A stretch of 64,000 bases of DNA, taken from Aureliella sp. (GTDB lineage Bacteria; Planctomycetota; Planctomycetia; Pirellulales; Pirellulaceae). Positions 10,540 through 19,399 of this stretch are shown here, in pieces; within the stretch, counting starts at the first letter, position 1, and every line of letters begins with the position of its first letter. The position numbers were made by a program, and so were the translations under genes. The notes under the pieces were generated by a model. The model did not search any database, was not told the DNA's origin, and saw nothing but the letters and a program-made list of their open reading frames with translations. The DNA lies in the NCBI GenBank assembly GCA_963691875.1, contig OY829846.1:3808001-3872000 (forward strand). Direction: 5' to 3'.

Positions 10540-11814
10540 ATGGCGTTTGAGATCTTCAAGACCGGAATGAAAAACTTGCTGCTGCACAAGCTGCGAAGTC
10601 TATTGACGCTGCTTGGTGTCATTCTGGGCGTTGGCTCCGTGATCGCCATGCTTGCTGTCGGCGAGGGTTCGAAGAAAGAAGCTCTAGAGCGGATTCGAAA
10701 TCTCGGTGCGAACAACGTTATCATTCGGAGCATGCGGCCCACACTCTCGGACTCTGCTGACTCGGGCGCAAAAGCAAACGCGATCAACGCTTATGATGCC
10801 TATGGACTCAACTACGATGACCTAGATCGGCTGGAATCTACTCTGCCAACCATCGAGCGAGCGGTGCCTGTTGCCCTCGCGAACTACGATATCTCCCGCC
10901 AGGAACGACGGATCCCCAGCGGACGTGTTTTGGGAACACAGCCACAATTGCTGGACATCAAGAAACTCGGAGTGCAGCGCGGCCGCTTTCTCACGTCAGT
11001 GGACATCGAGCGAGCTTGGAACGTCGCGGTACTTGCTAACGGAGCAGCCAAGCAGCTCTTTCAGTTTGAAGACCCGATCGATCAACACATCTTGGTCGGT
11101 CCCGACGTTTATCGTGTCGTGGGAGTCATGGCTCCTCAGTCCAGCGGAAATGCCACGCCAGGCGCCGTGGGACAGAAGGACCTGAACAAGGATGTATATA
11201 TACCGCTCTCATGTGTCCAAAGGCGGCTCGGCGATGGAACGGTCGGCTTAAGCAAATCCCGTCAAGCAGAGCTAAACGAAATTACGCTCAAAGTAGTGGA
11301 GGAACGCTACGTCAGCCAAACCGCTGAGATGGCTCGACGACTCTTGATGCGAACACATCCTGAAGGCAAAGATTTTTCGGTTCAAGTTCCGCTAGAGTTG
11401 CTCGCTCAGGCAAACGAAGAGAAACGCATGTGGAACATGGTCTTGGGTTCCATAGCCGGGATTTCCCTACTTGTAGGCGGCATTGGAATCATGAACATCA
11501 TGTTGGCCAGTGTGACGGAGCGGACCAAAGAGATCGGTATTCGACGCGCCTTGGGCGCTACTAAACGAGCCATCTCAATTCAGTTCTTGGCCGAGACAGT
11601 CATCCTCAGTTCGACGGGCGGCTTGCTGGGCGTAGCACTTGGAGTCTCGATTCCGAATCTGGTCAGCTGGCTCACGGACCTCGACACAGTCATCAGCCTT
11701 TGGTCGGTCCTGCTTTCCTTTGGGATTTCGGTTGGCATCGGCATCATCTTCGGCTGGTATCCCGCCTCCCGCGCCGCCTCCATGAACCCTATTACCGCAC
11801 TGCGGCACGAATAG
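10540..11814 (+). CDS. ABC transporter permease, MacB/FtsX family (no ATPase domain)
   Basis: Motifs KLRSLLTLLGVILGVGSVIAM, SLLVGGIGIMNIMLASVTERTKEIGIRRALGA and YPASRAASMNPITALRHE. Confidence 0.92.
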   Translation: MAFEIFKTGMKNLLLHKLRSLLTLLGVILGVGSVIAMLAVGEGSKKEALERIRNLGANNVIIRSMRPTLSDSADSGAKANAINAYDAYGLNYDDLDRLESTLPTIERAVPVALANYDISRQERRIPSGRVLGTQPQLLDIKKLGVQRGRFLTSVDIERAWNVAVLANGAAKQLFQFEDPIDQHILVGPDVYRVVGVMAPQSSGNATPGAVGQKDLNKDVYIPLSCVQRRLGDGTVGLSKSRQAELNEITLKVVEERYVSQTAEMARRLLMRTHPEGKDFSVQVPLELLAQANEEKRMWNMVLGSIAGISLLVGGIGIMNIMLASVTERTKEIGIRRALGATKRAISIQFLAETVILSSTGGLLGVALGVSIPNLVSWLTDLDTVISLWSVLLSFGISVGIGIIFGWYPASRAASMNPITALRHE

Positions 11815-11947
11815 GCTCGTGATCACGCTGGCGGTTGACATCCGTTATAACTTGCGATAACGTGCCATACATCCGAAATGCCGCTTCAAAAAGCTCGACG
11901 TCTAGACTAGACTTCGACCCTTACGCGATGTTCTACCACGCCAAAGA

Positions 11948-12612
11948 GTGATCATGTTTCGGATTTTAATCTTTGTTGCATTTGTGTTGTGCGGCTCAAA
12001 TGTCTCTGTGGGTGGCATCATTCGGTCAGATTTGACCTTCGAGTTCGACGGGGATCTGACCAACGCCCCATTCGGTACGATTACTATTACGGAGAATACA
12101 ACGACTGACGCGCTAGATTTCAAGATCGACATCGACACTAGCAAGTTGGGGCCCAACGCAGACATACATCAACTTGGCTTCCAGATTGGTGGTTTTTCAG
12201 GGCAGGCGAACGAGATCACACATTCTGGTGATGGAAACCTAGTTATAGGACCAAATCAGGCTACGAAAGTTGCAGGAGTTGGAAATGTTCAGTTTGGCTA
12301 CCTAGTTGACTTTGGTCCTGGACAGCCAATCTTAAACCCAGCTTTTTTTAGCCTCAGAGTTCGAACACTCTTCATGATCTGACGCTGGCGAATTTTTCTA
12401 CTGCGGATGTCCTAACAAAGGGTAGCAACATTTTCCACTTTGCAGTTCACGTTCAGTCCACCTCGCCGGACAATCCCGGCTCCGAAGCACTTGGCGGTCT
12501 ATGGAGTACGCAGACTGATGAGAACAATGGAATCGTGCCAGAACCAGCCTCTTGCGCAATATGGCTTGGGCTCTTGTCAGTGATGGCTCGAACCCGTAGG
12601 AGAGTCACCTAA
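11948..12612 (+). pseudogene. PEP-CTERM-sorted exported protein, interrupted by a frameshift near 12352-12380
   Basis: The signal-peptide ORF 11948-12382 continues in the -1 frame as SSNTLHDLTLANF...NNGIVPEPASCAIWLGLLSVMARTRRRVT* (stop 12610-12612), a canonical PEP-CTERM tail. Confidence 0.8.
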
Positions 12613-12709
12613 GCGAGTTGCCAATTGGCCCAATACCTCAGTAGAGTTACGATTGGCTTGCTAATCTGCATTCCGAACAACGATTTGGTGATTGCCATGG
12701 CACGACGAT

Positions 12710-13520
12710 TCACATAACGTCGGCGTAGACCACTCGAATGCAACATGTGTCGAATAGGAACAGCACGAAAATAATAGAGTAGACAGTAAAGTTAGTGCTG
12801 GCTTTCTCTTGTTCATATAGCGACTCCAAGAAGATCCAGACGGCCGGTGAACCGCTCAACCTACCCAGCGGTAGCAGATTCAAGCAGCCGTTGGGAACTG
12901 CAATGAGCCCGATATACGTCAGCCACAACGAAAGCGAATTGGCTCCTGCCGCTCCCCCATCACCATCCAGCCACAGAATCCACGCCTACCATCGAGTGGT
13001 TGGAAGAGAAAAACTTTGAGCAAACTGTAGTCCTGCACTTGAGCACAGTCGCCGATTGCCGGACCACGAAGTGGCATCTTAAAAAGCTACTAAACCGATT
13101 ATTGCACTTCGCGATAGCAAATCGTCCTTTTCCGGTGCATACTTTAGCTGAACAGACTCTTGGATTATCGGAAGCATAAGCAGGATGATTTCCAGCAGGA
13201 TATGCGGCAAGGGCCTAATGAATATCACCCCAAGTATGTGGATCTTCGCCGCTGCCTTAAAACTATCTTGAGGCAATTCTGCTTCCAGCTCGACTGACTA
13301 CTGTCCGTGGAAAACTCTCCGCCTGCAGCACTCTCGTCTCCTGCATTCTTGAACTTGACGTAGCCGCCTACAGGCAACATCCGGCGTGCCACTCCATTAG
13401 CGGCCTCGCCTCTGTATACACACTCCAATGCACGCGTGTACGTAAGGCTCCGGGAGAAGTGGGTTACATCAGTTCGTCGCTCCCTTCGCCAACAGCCTGG
13501 TACCCCGCTCGACAGCAGGA
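12710..13520 (-). pseudogene. Degraded site-2 protease (M50/RseP-like) gene
   Basis: Colinear fragments in different frames: ERGTRLLAK (eroded HExxH region), DVTHFS, MLPVGGYVKF and GLIAVPNGCLNLLPLGRLSG (NLLP..LDG-like). Several stops and frameshifts; boundaries approximate. Confidence 0.55.
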
Positions 13521-14082
13521 TTGTTCTCGCTGTTGGTGTCTTGTAAGAATACGCTTGTTGCGGCGAGAAGGTGAGGCCGCCAAGTAGGACTCACTCGGCG
13601 GCATTCCTCGAACATCGCAATCGGGTACTTCACCGCATCAGCGTCGATCGATAAACGGCCATCCATGCTGTGTCGCGCGCGGCGCGCGGCCGAACTGAAA
13701 CTGCAGATCAATGCCGTTAACATGGGAGCAGGTTTCGTGCCACAGTACAAATGCTGCATGGGAGTAAACAGTTCGAACCTGGAGCTTAGGAACCGCGACT
13801 ACCGCTTTCTCTGGGAACGACTTCTCCTTGGATGACATCACTTTTGATTCGACCAGCACGCCAGCCGTACCTGAGCCGTCAACTTGCTGCATTGTGCAGG
13901 GCTTGCATTAGTCGCCGCTAGTATGCGAAGAAGGAAGAACAGCTAGGCCAACACTGCGGTCATTCATCTCATTCGAATCCTCAACGATTTCACAGGCCAG
14001 AGCTGTTTGCGCATTTGTGCTCTTGACCTGCTAAACTGAGGGAAACGGATAAGATTGACTACTCGAACGCAGGCGCGCATCG

Positions 14083-15777
14083 GTGATTTCAAATGCAAGA
14101 GGCGGCATCGCCACATACTGCTCGAAGCTTTGCTTGCTGGTCTGCTTGCCGATAGCTGTTCTACTGTCACGTGAAGCAGTCGCGGGCGAGCGTCACAACA
14201 TTCTCTTCATCGCGATCGATGATCTAAATGACTGGGTGGGGTGCCTTGAAGGGCATCCGCAGATCAAAACGCCGAACATCGATGCACTTGCCGCGAGAGG
14301 AGTGCTATTCACAGACGCTCACTGTGCTGCTCCGATCTGTGGCCCGTCGCGTGCCGCCATCATGTCGGGCAAGAGACCTTGGACGACGGAGATTTATTCG
14401 AATAACGCGAACTATCCAAAGCTATTACCCAACACGGAGTCGATGCCCGAGTTCTTGGTGCGGCACGGCTACCATACCATGGGCGCTGGAAAGTTGTTCC
14501 ATGGAGACACCAGCTTTCCCCAGGGTGCCTTTCATGAATACGCCAAGAGTGCTCCGAAACCGTGGCCGAAAGAAGCAATCCTGAGCTCTAGGCAAACACC
14601 GACTTACGAATGGAAAGTCGGTGACAAGATCATCACTTTTCCTCGCAATGGAATGCCAGCCGATCGCTCCTGGAAAGACACCCATACTTTTGACTGGGGA
14701 CCGCTCGATATCCCCGACGAAGAGTTTCGCGATGCAGCAGTTGTAAAATGGTGCGGTGAGCGGCTAACGAAGAGCTATAAAAAGCCATTCTTTCTCGGCG
14801 TCGGAATTCACTTGCCGCACCAACCGCTGTATGCCCCCAAGCGTTTTCACGACATGTACCTGCCCAATACTACGGTCTTGCCCCCGCATTTGAAGAATGA
14901 CTTGTCAGATCTTTCGGAGGCCGGTCGAGACTATGCCTTGATTCCAACGACTTCTGGAACGCACGCGACGGTCGTCAAGTATGGCGAGTGGCGGAATGCG
15001 GTTTCCAGTTACATGGCCACGGTGACTTTTGTCGATCATTTACTCGGTGGCCTGCTAAAAGACCTCAAAAAAAGTGAGCACGCGGAAAACACCTGGATCG
15101 TTCTTTGGTCAGACCACGGATGGCATCTAGGCGAAAAAGAACATTGGGGAAAAGCAACCGGTTGGTTCCGCGCGACACGCGTTCCATTGTTGATCGTACC
15201 TCCACGTTCAGCTCAGCCAGTTGGTTTCGAAGCTGGAAGCAAATGTGATCATCCGGTGAACCTGCTGGATCTTTTCCCTACGGTGGCGGAGATGGCTGGC
15301 GGGAAACCAAGCGATGGATTGGAAGGCACAAGTTTACTTCCGCTGGTTCAGGACCCGAGTTCTAAGTGGGCCGATCATACGGTGACTACCTTTGGGCGAG
15401 GCAATCACGCGATCACAACCAAGCGTTGGCGATACATTCAGTACTTCGACGGAAGTGCGGAACTCTACGATCGCTCATTAGACCCGAACGAATGGGAGAA
15501 CCGAATCAATGACTCTGAGCTCCAAGGAATCGTAGCCGAGCTAGAATCCCGAGTTCCGGAAGAAGCGCGCTGGAAGCACTTCATCCGCTACGATTGTTTC
15601 AAAGCCGTAATACCAGCAGATGGCAGTTCCATGCTCCTGTTCAATCACGCAGTGGAGAACCACTTGGAAGAACGCACGGACGAATCGAAACAGTATCCCA
15701 AAGTGGTGGAGCGCATCCAAGCTTGGATGAAAGAGAATCCTACAACTCGAAAACGAATTGTGATCCCCACCCCGTAG
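14083..15777 (+). CDS. Exported Cys-type (FGly) sulfatase, S1 family (iduronate/choline sulfatase-like)
   Basis: Signal peptide, NILFIAIDDL, CGPSRAAIMSG, GKLFH and WSDHGWHLGEK motifs. Confidence 0.92.
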   Translation: MISNARGGIATYCSKLCLLVCLPIAVLLSREAVAGERHNILFIAIDDLNDWVGCLEGHPQIKTPNIDALAARGVLFTDAHCAAPICGPSRAAIMSGKRPWTTEIYSNNANYPKLLPNTESMPEFLVRHGYHTMGAGKLFHGDTSFPQGAFHEYAKSAPKPWPKEAILSSRQTPTYEWKVGDKIITFPRNGMPADRSWKDTHTFDWGPLDIPDEEFRDAAVVKWCGERLTKSYKKPFFLGVGIHLPHQPLYAPKRFHDMYLPNTTVLPPHLKNDLSDLSEAGRDYALIPTTSGTHATVVKYGEWRNAVSSYMATVTFVDHLLGGLLKDLKKSEHAENTWIVLWSDHGWHLGEKEHWGKATGWFRATRVPLLIVPPRSAQPVGFEAGSKCDHPVNLLDLFPTVAEMAGGKPSDGLEGTSLLPLVQDPSSKWADHTVTTFGRGNHAITTKRWRYIQYFDGSAELYDRSLDPNEWENRINDSELQGIVAELESRVPEEARWKHFIRYDCFKAVIPADGSSMLLFNHAVENHLEERTDESKQYPKVVERIQAWMKENPTTRKRIVIPTP

Positions 15778-15918
15778 CGGATGAGGTCACGAATCTGGGA
15801 GCGTAGCGACTCAGTCGCACTACATTTGGATAAGCTAAAAGCTTTTCCCGAGATTATTGGACCATATTTCGTAAGACGCCTGGCCGCTCGTGCTGGCCCC
15901 TCGAACCCATAGATCGAT

Positions 15919-16914
15919 ATGCAAACCTCGTCTCCATTAAAGCTCGTCGCGTTCTTGTTTGTTCTCTCACAACCGCTAGCGCCGAAAGCTTATTGTCAAT
16001 CCAATACTCATAAGCTCAGCTTCAGCGAAACCCCCGAAACCATGGAAGTGCTCCGCGGTGAACAAGTCGTCTTGACCTACAACAAAAAGTCGCCGCCCGT
16101 TCCGACAGGCATCGATGCGATCTATCACCGAAGTGGTTGCCTGCACCCAGTGATGACGCCGAATGGCAGAGTAATCACTGACATGTTCCCCAAGGATCAC
16201 CCTCATCAGCACGGAATTTTCACCGCATGGGTAAAAACTACTTACGCGAAACGCGAAATCGACTTTTGGAATCTTGCCAAAGGCACCGGACGCGTCTTGC
16301 ACGAGCGGGTCGTTTCGGAGAATCAAACGGATTACGCAAGCGAGTTCGAAGTGGAGTTGATTCACCGCGCTGAGCAGGAACCTCAGATCGACATACTGAA
16401 AGAGAACTGGAAGATCACCGTCTATCAGACAGACAACGATTACAATTGTTTTGACCTGAAGTTGAAGCAAGCGGCACTCACCGACACTCCACTGGTCATC
16501 AAACAGAATCGCTACGGAGGTTTTGCTCTTCGCGCTCGATCGGAATGGTTGACTACAAATGACAAGGACGCGCCGGGGAAGGGCTCACGAGAGCCAGTTT
16601 CTTTTCTCAATGATCTCGGATCGAACCGCATCGAAGGCAATCACCAGAAGTCGAAATGGGTTGCACTCACCGGCAATATCGACGGCCAACCCGCCACGAT
16701 TGCCGTGCTTTCCCATCCCAGAAATTTTCGCGCTCCACAAACCGTTCGTTTGCATCCCACCAAGCCCTACTTTGCCTATTCCCCCTGCGTTGACGGCAAG
16801 TTCACCATCGACAAGCAGCATCCTTACTTCGCGCTGTACCGCATTCTCGTCACTGACGCAGCTCCGGATTCCAAGTGGCTCGACGAGCAGTGGGAATCTT
16901 GGACGGAAGAATGA
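15919..16914 (+). CDS. Exported 'PmoA-family' (DUF6807-like) protein, probably carbohydrate-related and not methane monooxygenase
   Basis: Signal peptide, HPVMTPNG..ITDMFPKDHPHQHGIF and YGGFALR motifs. Confidence 0.7.
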   Translation: MQTSSPLKLVAFLFVLSQPLAPKAYCQSNTHKLSFSETPETMEVLRGEQVVLTYNKKSPPVPTGIDAIYHRSGCLHPVMTPNGRVITDMFPKDHPHQHGIFTAWVKTTYAKREIDFWNLAKGTGRVLHERVVSENQTDYASEFEVELIHRAEQEPQIDILKENWKITVYQTDNDYNCFDLKLKQAALTDTPLVIKQNRYGGFALRARSEWLTTNDKDAPGKGSREPVSFLNDLGSNRIEGNHQKSKWVALTGNIDGQPATIAVLSHPRNFRAPQTVRLHPTKPYFAYSPCVDGKFTIDKQHPYFALYRILVTDAAPDSKWLDEQWESWTEE

Positions 16915-16987
16915 TGAGAGTGAGACGCATTTATCACTTGCTTTTAGGCCAACTGAGTCGTACCGTAGACTAGTCGAACTAATTTTG

Positions 16988-17473
16988 ATGGGAATAGACC
17001 CTTTGAATCGCAGGAAATTTTTTAGGCTTTGTCGAGCAGCTAAGGTAGCAATGGTGCTACTGCTGGCAGTAGTCCCGAATTTTTTCCTGGAATCATGTTG
17101 TTGCGGCGCACAAGTTATTTGCCTCTGCAAAGCAGCAGTTTCCGTCTCGGGAGCTACCTGCGGTGACGAATCTTGTTGCCAAGCCGCGTCTTGTTGTGGC
17201 GTTCGAAGCTGTAGCGATTCACAGACTTTAAATTCGTCAAATGCTAAAGACGACGAAGACGCCTCCGATGAAGGATGCGAAAACTGCCAAGACAGCGGGC
17301 TTCGCGTTGAGCCCTACGACCCACAAATTCTTCCGGTTCAAGTCGCTCTTGGCCAAGAACCCCTCTTTGCCTTCCTCCAGTCCCGTGCTGACCCATCGAT
17401 TGACCGCCGATCGAACGTTCTGCCACAGGCAAGTCAGCAGCCGCAAGCGATGCTAGGAGTTTGGATCGAATAG
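16988..17473 (+). CDS. Cys-rich exported/membrane-anchored protein, putative regulatory leader
   Basis: 161 aa from ATG 16988: basic N-terminus, hydrophobic helix, 14 Cys (CCC, CxC, CC, CC, CxxC) and C-terminus QAMLGVWIE. Start uncertain. Confidence 0.7.
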   Translation: MGIDPLNRRKFFRLCRAAKVAMVLLLAVVPNFFLESCCCGAQVICLCKAAVSVSGATCGDESCCQAASCCGVRSCSDSQTLNSSNAKDDEDASDEGCENCQDSGLRVEPYDPQILPVQVALGQEPLFAFLQSRADPSIDRRSNVLPQASQQPQAMLGVWIE

Positions 17474-17518
17474 CGATCTATTTGTTTCGCTCTAATTTTC
17501 AAGATTCGATTCAAACTT
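17457..17518 (+). promoter_or_regulatory. Putative RNA hairpin overlapping the stop of the Cys-rich leader gene
   Basis: gagtttggatcgaat (17457-17471) pairs with attcgattcaaactt (17504-17518): 15 bp including 2 G-U. There is an inner agcga/tcgct stem. It is followed by T-rich atttctgttct and a GGAGA RBS. Confidence 0.55.
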
Positions 17519-17540
17519 ATTTCTGTTCTGGAGAGACGTA

Positions 17541-17891
17541 ATGTCCAAGTTTATTTCTATGTTTGCGCTATGCGCTCTGTTTGTTGGAATGGTTGGCTGC
17601 CAGGAAATACCTGAGCAGACCGCCGAGAGCAACGACCCTGCTGCGACTGAAACTGCCGCAACCTGCTCGGGCGATTGCTGCAAAGAAGAATGCTGTGGTG
17701 CCGAGTGCTGTAAAGACGGATGCTGCAAAGCTGAAACCGAAACCGCCACGACTTGCAGTGGAGACTGCTGCAAGGAGAAGTGCTGTGGGGCTGACTGCTG
17801 CAAAGACGGTTGCTGTGCGAAAGGCGATAAGGAGGCTTGCTGCAGCGACGGTACTTGCGAGAAGTGCACCGCCGCAGCGGGAGACAAGTAG
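17541..17891 (+). CDS. Metallothionein-like Cys-rich lipoprotein
   Basis: RBS ggaga, signal peptide with lipobox MVGC, 24 Cys in 116 aa, and two 30-aa repeats TETAxTCSGDCCKExCCGAxCCKDGCC. Confidence 0.8.
   Translation: MSKFISMFALCALFVGMVGCQEIPEQTAESNDPAATETAATCSGDCCKEECCGAECCKDGCCKAETETATTCSGDCCKEKCCGADCCKDGCCAKGDKEACCSDGTCEKCTAAAGDK
17646..17817 (+). repeat. 90-bp internal tandem duplication in the Cys-rich lipoprotein gene
   Basis: Units start at 17646 and 17736. The protein units are nearly identical while many synonymous positions differ. Confidence 0.85.
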
Positions 17892-17941
17892 CATCTAACT
17901 TGGAGTTTTTGGCTCCAGATACCGTTAGAAACTAAGAAACT

Positions 17942-17978
17942 AGCGATCGAAGAACTATCTTTGGTCGCTCATTTTTTT
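17942..17978 (+). terminator. Rho-independent terminator after the Cys-rich lipoprotein
   Basis: Stem agcgatcgaaga / tctttggtcgct followed by a T7 tract. Confidence 0.75.
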
Positions 17979-18235
17979 CATTTCCATGACAGATCATTGA
18001 CGGCCTGAATCGTCACGGCCAGTCGATTGGCTGCCTGGGGTTGTGCGCCCCCGGTCATTTGCATTAGCCTTCCATGCAGTGGGTTTCGGCGACCGGCAGA
18101 AGGGCTCCTACCAATAAAAAGTGGATTCGCTCAAGTGAATGCTGCCTAAGAACGAGCTTGAACCGGTAGATTCTGACTCGCCTTCCGCCGTTCAGCCTCC
18201 AGCCCGCACAAAGTCTGTTCCTCGAATGATCTCAG

Positions 18236-19399
18236 ATGCCTTCCTTCTCAACTGAAGACCTTATCACTTGGATCGATCGCCTCGTCGACTCGACTCGAGA
18301 AGACGAGCAGGAAGACCAAGGAGTGGTGGAAGCAGAGGCTGAACAAAGCGTGCCCGGGAGCAGCCCAGATTGTAGAAGCAAAGACAAAAAAGCAGAAACG
18401 GCCGACGATGCGCCGACATCGGTGGCATCGTTTCCAGATAGACTACTACTCTCAATCGCTCGGCCAGCGATGGCGTGTGAGTTTGAGGTATTGCTTAATC
18501 AACACCAATACTCCGACGCAACCGACAGGGCACTGGAAGCTTTGGACGTGATTGGCGAGCAGGAGCGGGTGCTTAGCGTTTACAAATCCAATAGCGAATT
18601 GAGCAACCTGAATCGTTTTGGTGCGAAGCGTGCAGTCGGATTGTCGCGAGGCACGTTGGATTTGCTTGCACTAGCGCAGTCAGCGCATCGGTGGACCAAC
18701 GGAGCCTTCGACATCACGGCAGGGGCCCTGTCTGAAGCGTGGGGCTTTTCACGTCGGCATGGCAAGAAGCCTGATCAAGAAGCGATTGACGACGCACTTT
18801 CGTCGGTCGGCAGCCAGTTCATCCGGCTCGACGAAGAAAGCTGCTCTGCGACTCTGGAACATGAAGAAGCCCGCGTGAATCCTGGCGGAATCGGAAAAGG
18901 CTACGCTTTGGATCAGGCATCCAACCACTTGTGGCACTGCGGAATGGAGGACTTCATGATTCACGGTGGTCTTAGCTCGGTTACTGCGCGAGGGGATCGA
19001 CATAGTGCAAACTCGGACGGGGGATGGAAAGTTTCACTTAAGCACCCTTGGCGTTGGGAAGAACATCTTGGCTCGATTCGATTGCTCGATGCGGCTCTTG
19101 GAACAAGTGGTTCTGGCAAACAGTTCTTTCATTTCGGTGGCAAACGCTACAGCCACATCATTGATCCGCGCACAGGCTGGCCGGCACAAGGAATGATGAG
19201 CGTCACCGTTCTTTGCCAAAGCGCCGCTATCGCCGATATCTTGGCGACCGCATTGTTTGTCCTTGGTGTGGAGGCGTCTCGCAAATTCCTAGAGCAAAAT
19301 ACTGCTATCGGAGCCATTTTGATGTTCCAGCAAGAAAAATCAGGTCGACAAGAAATCGAAACGCATAACTTGGAACCAGACATTTGGCAGGCAAGATAA
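18236..19399 (+). CDS. apbE: FAD:protein FMN transferase
   Basis: Motifs AMACEFEV, GAFDITAG, NPGGIGKGYALD, GTSGSG, RYSHIIDPRTGWP and ADILATALFVLG. Confidence 0.92.
   Translation: MPSFSTEDLITWIDRLVDSTREDEQEDQGVVEAEAEQSVPGSSPDCRSKDKKAETADDAPTSVASFPDRLLLSIARPAMACEFEVLLNQHQYSDATDRALEALDVIGEQERVLSVYKSNSELSNLNRFGAKRAVGLSRGTLDLLALAQSAHRWTNGAFDITAGALSEAWGFSRRHGKKPDQEAIDDALSSVGSQFIRLDEESCSATLEHEEARVNPGGIGKGYALDQASNHLWHCGMEDFMIHGGLSSVTARGDRHSANSDGGWKVSLKHPWRWEEHLGSIRLLDAALGTSGSGKQFFHFGGKRYSHIIDPRTGWPAQGMMSVTVLCQSAAIADILATALFVLGVEASRKFLEQNTAIGAILMFQQEKSGRQEIETHNLEPDIWQAR

Noticed and set aside
12343..12349. T7 tract as a phase-variation switch for the PEP-CTERM gene
   Set aside because: Shifting into the downstream frame at this tract meets TAG immediately (12349-12351).
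15919..16914. Particulate methane monooxygenase
   Set aside because: It is a soluble exported protein with no pmoCAB context. The family name is misleading.
16559..16987. First half of the 304-aa ORF 16559-17473
   Set aside because: It overlaps the PmoA-family gene in another frame and is Ser/Pro-rich shadow sequence. The protein-like part begins near 16988.
17541..17891. RiPP precursor interpretation of the Cys-rich peptide
   Set aside because: There is no adjacent maturase, the only radical SAM gene is HemW 9 kb away, and the N-terminus is a lipoprotein signal.
17492..17898. Gln-rich and Ala-rich alternative ORFs over the Cys-rich lipoprotein
   Set aside because: These are shadows of TGC/TGT repeats. 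The RBS, lipobox and synonymous divergence support 17541-17891 (+).
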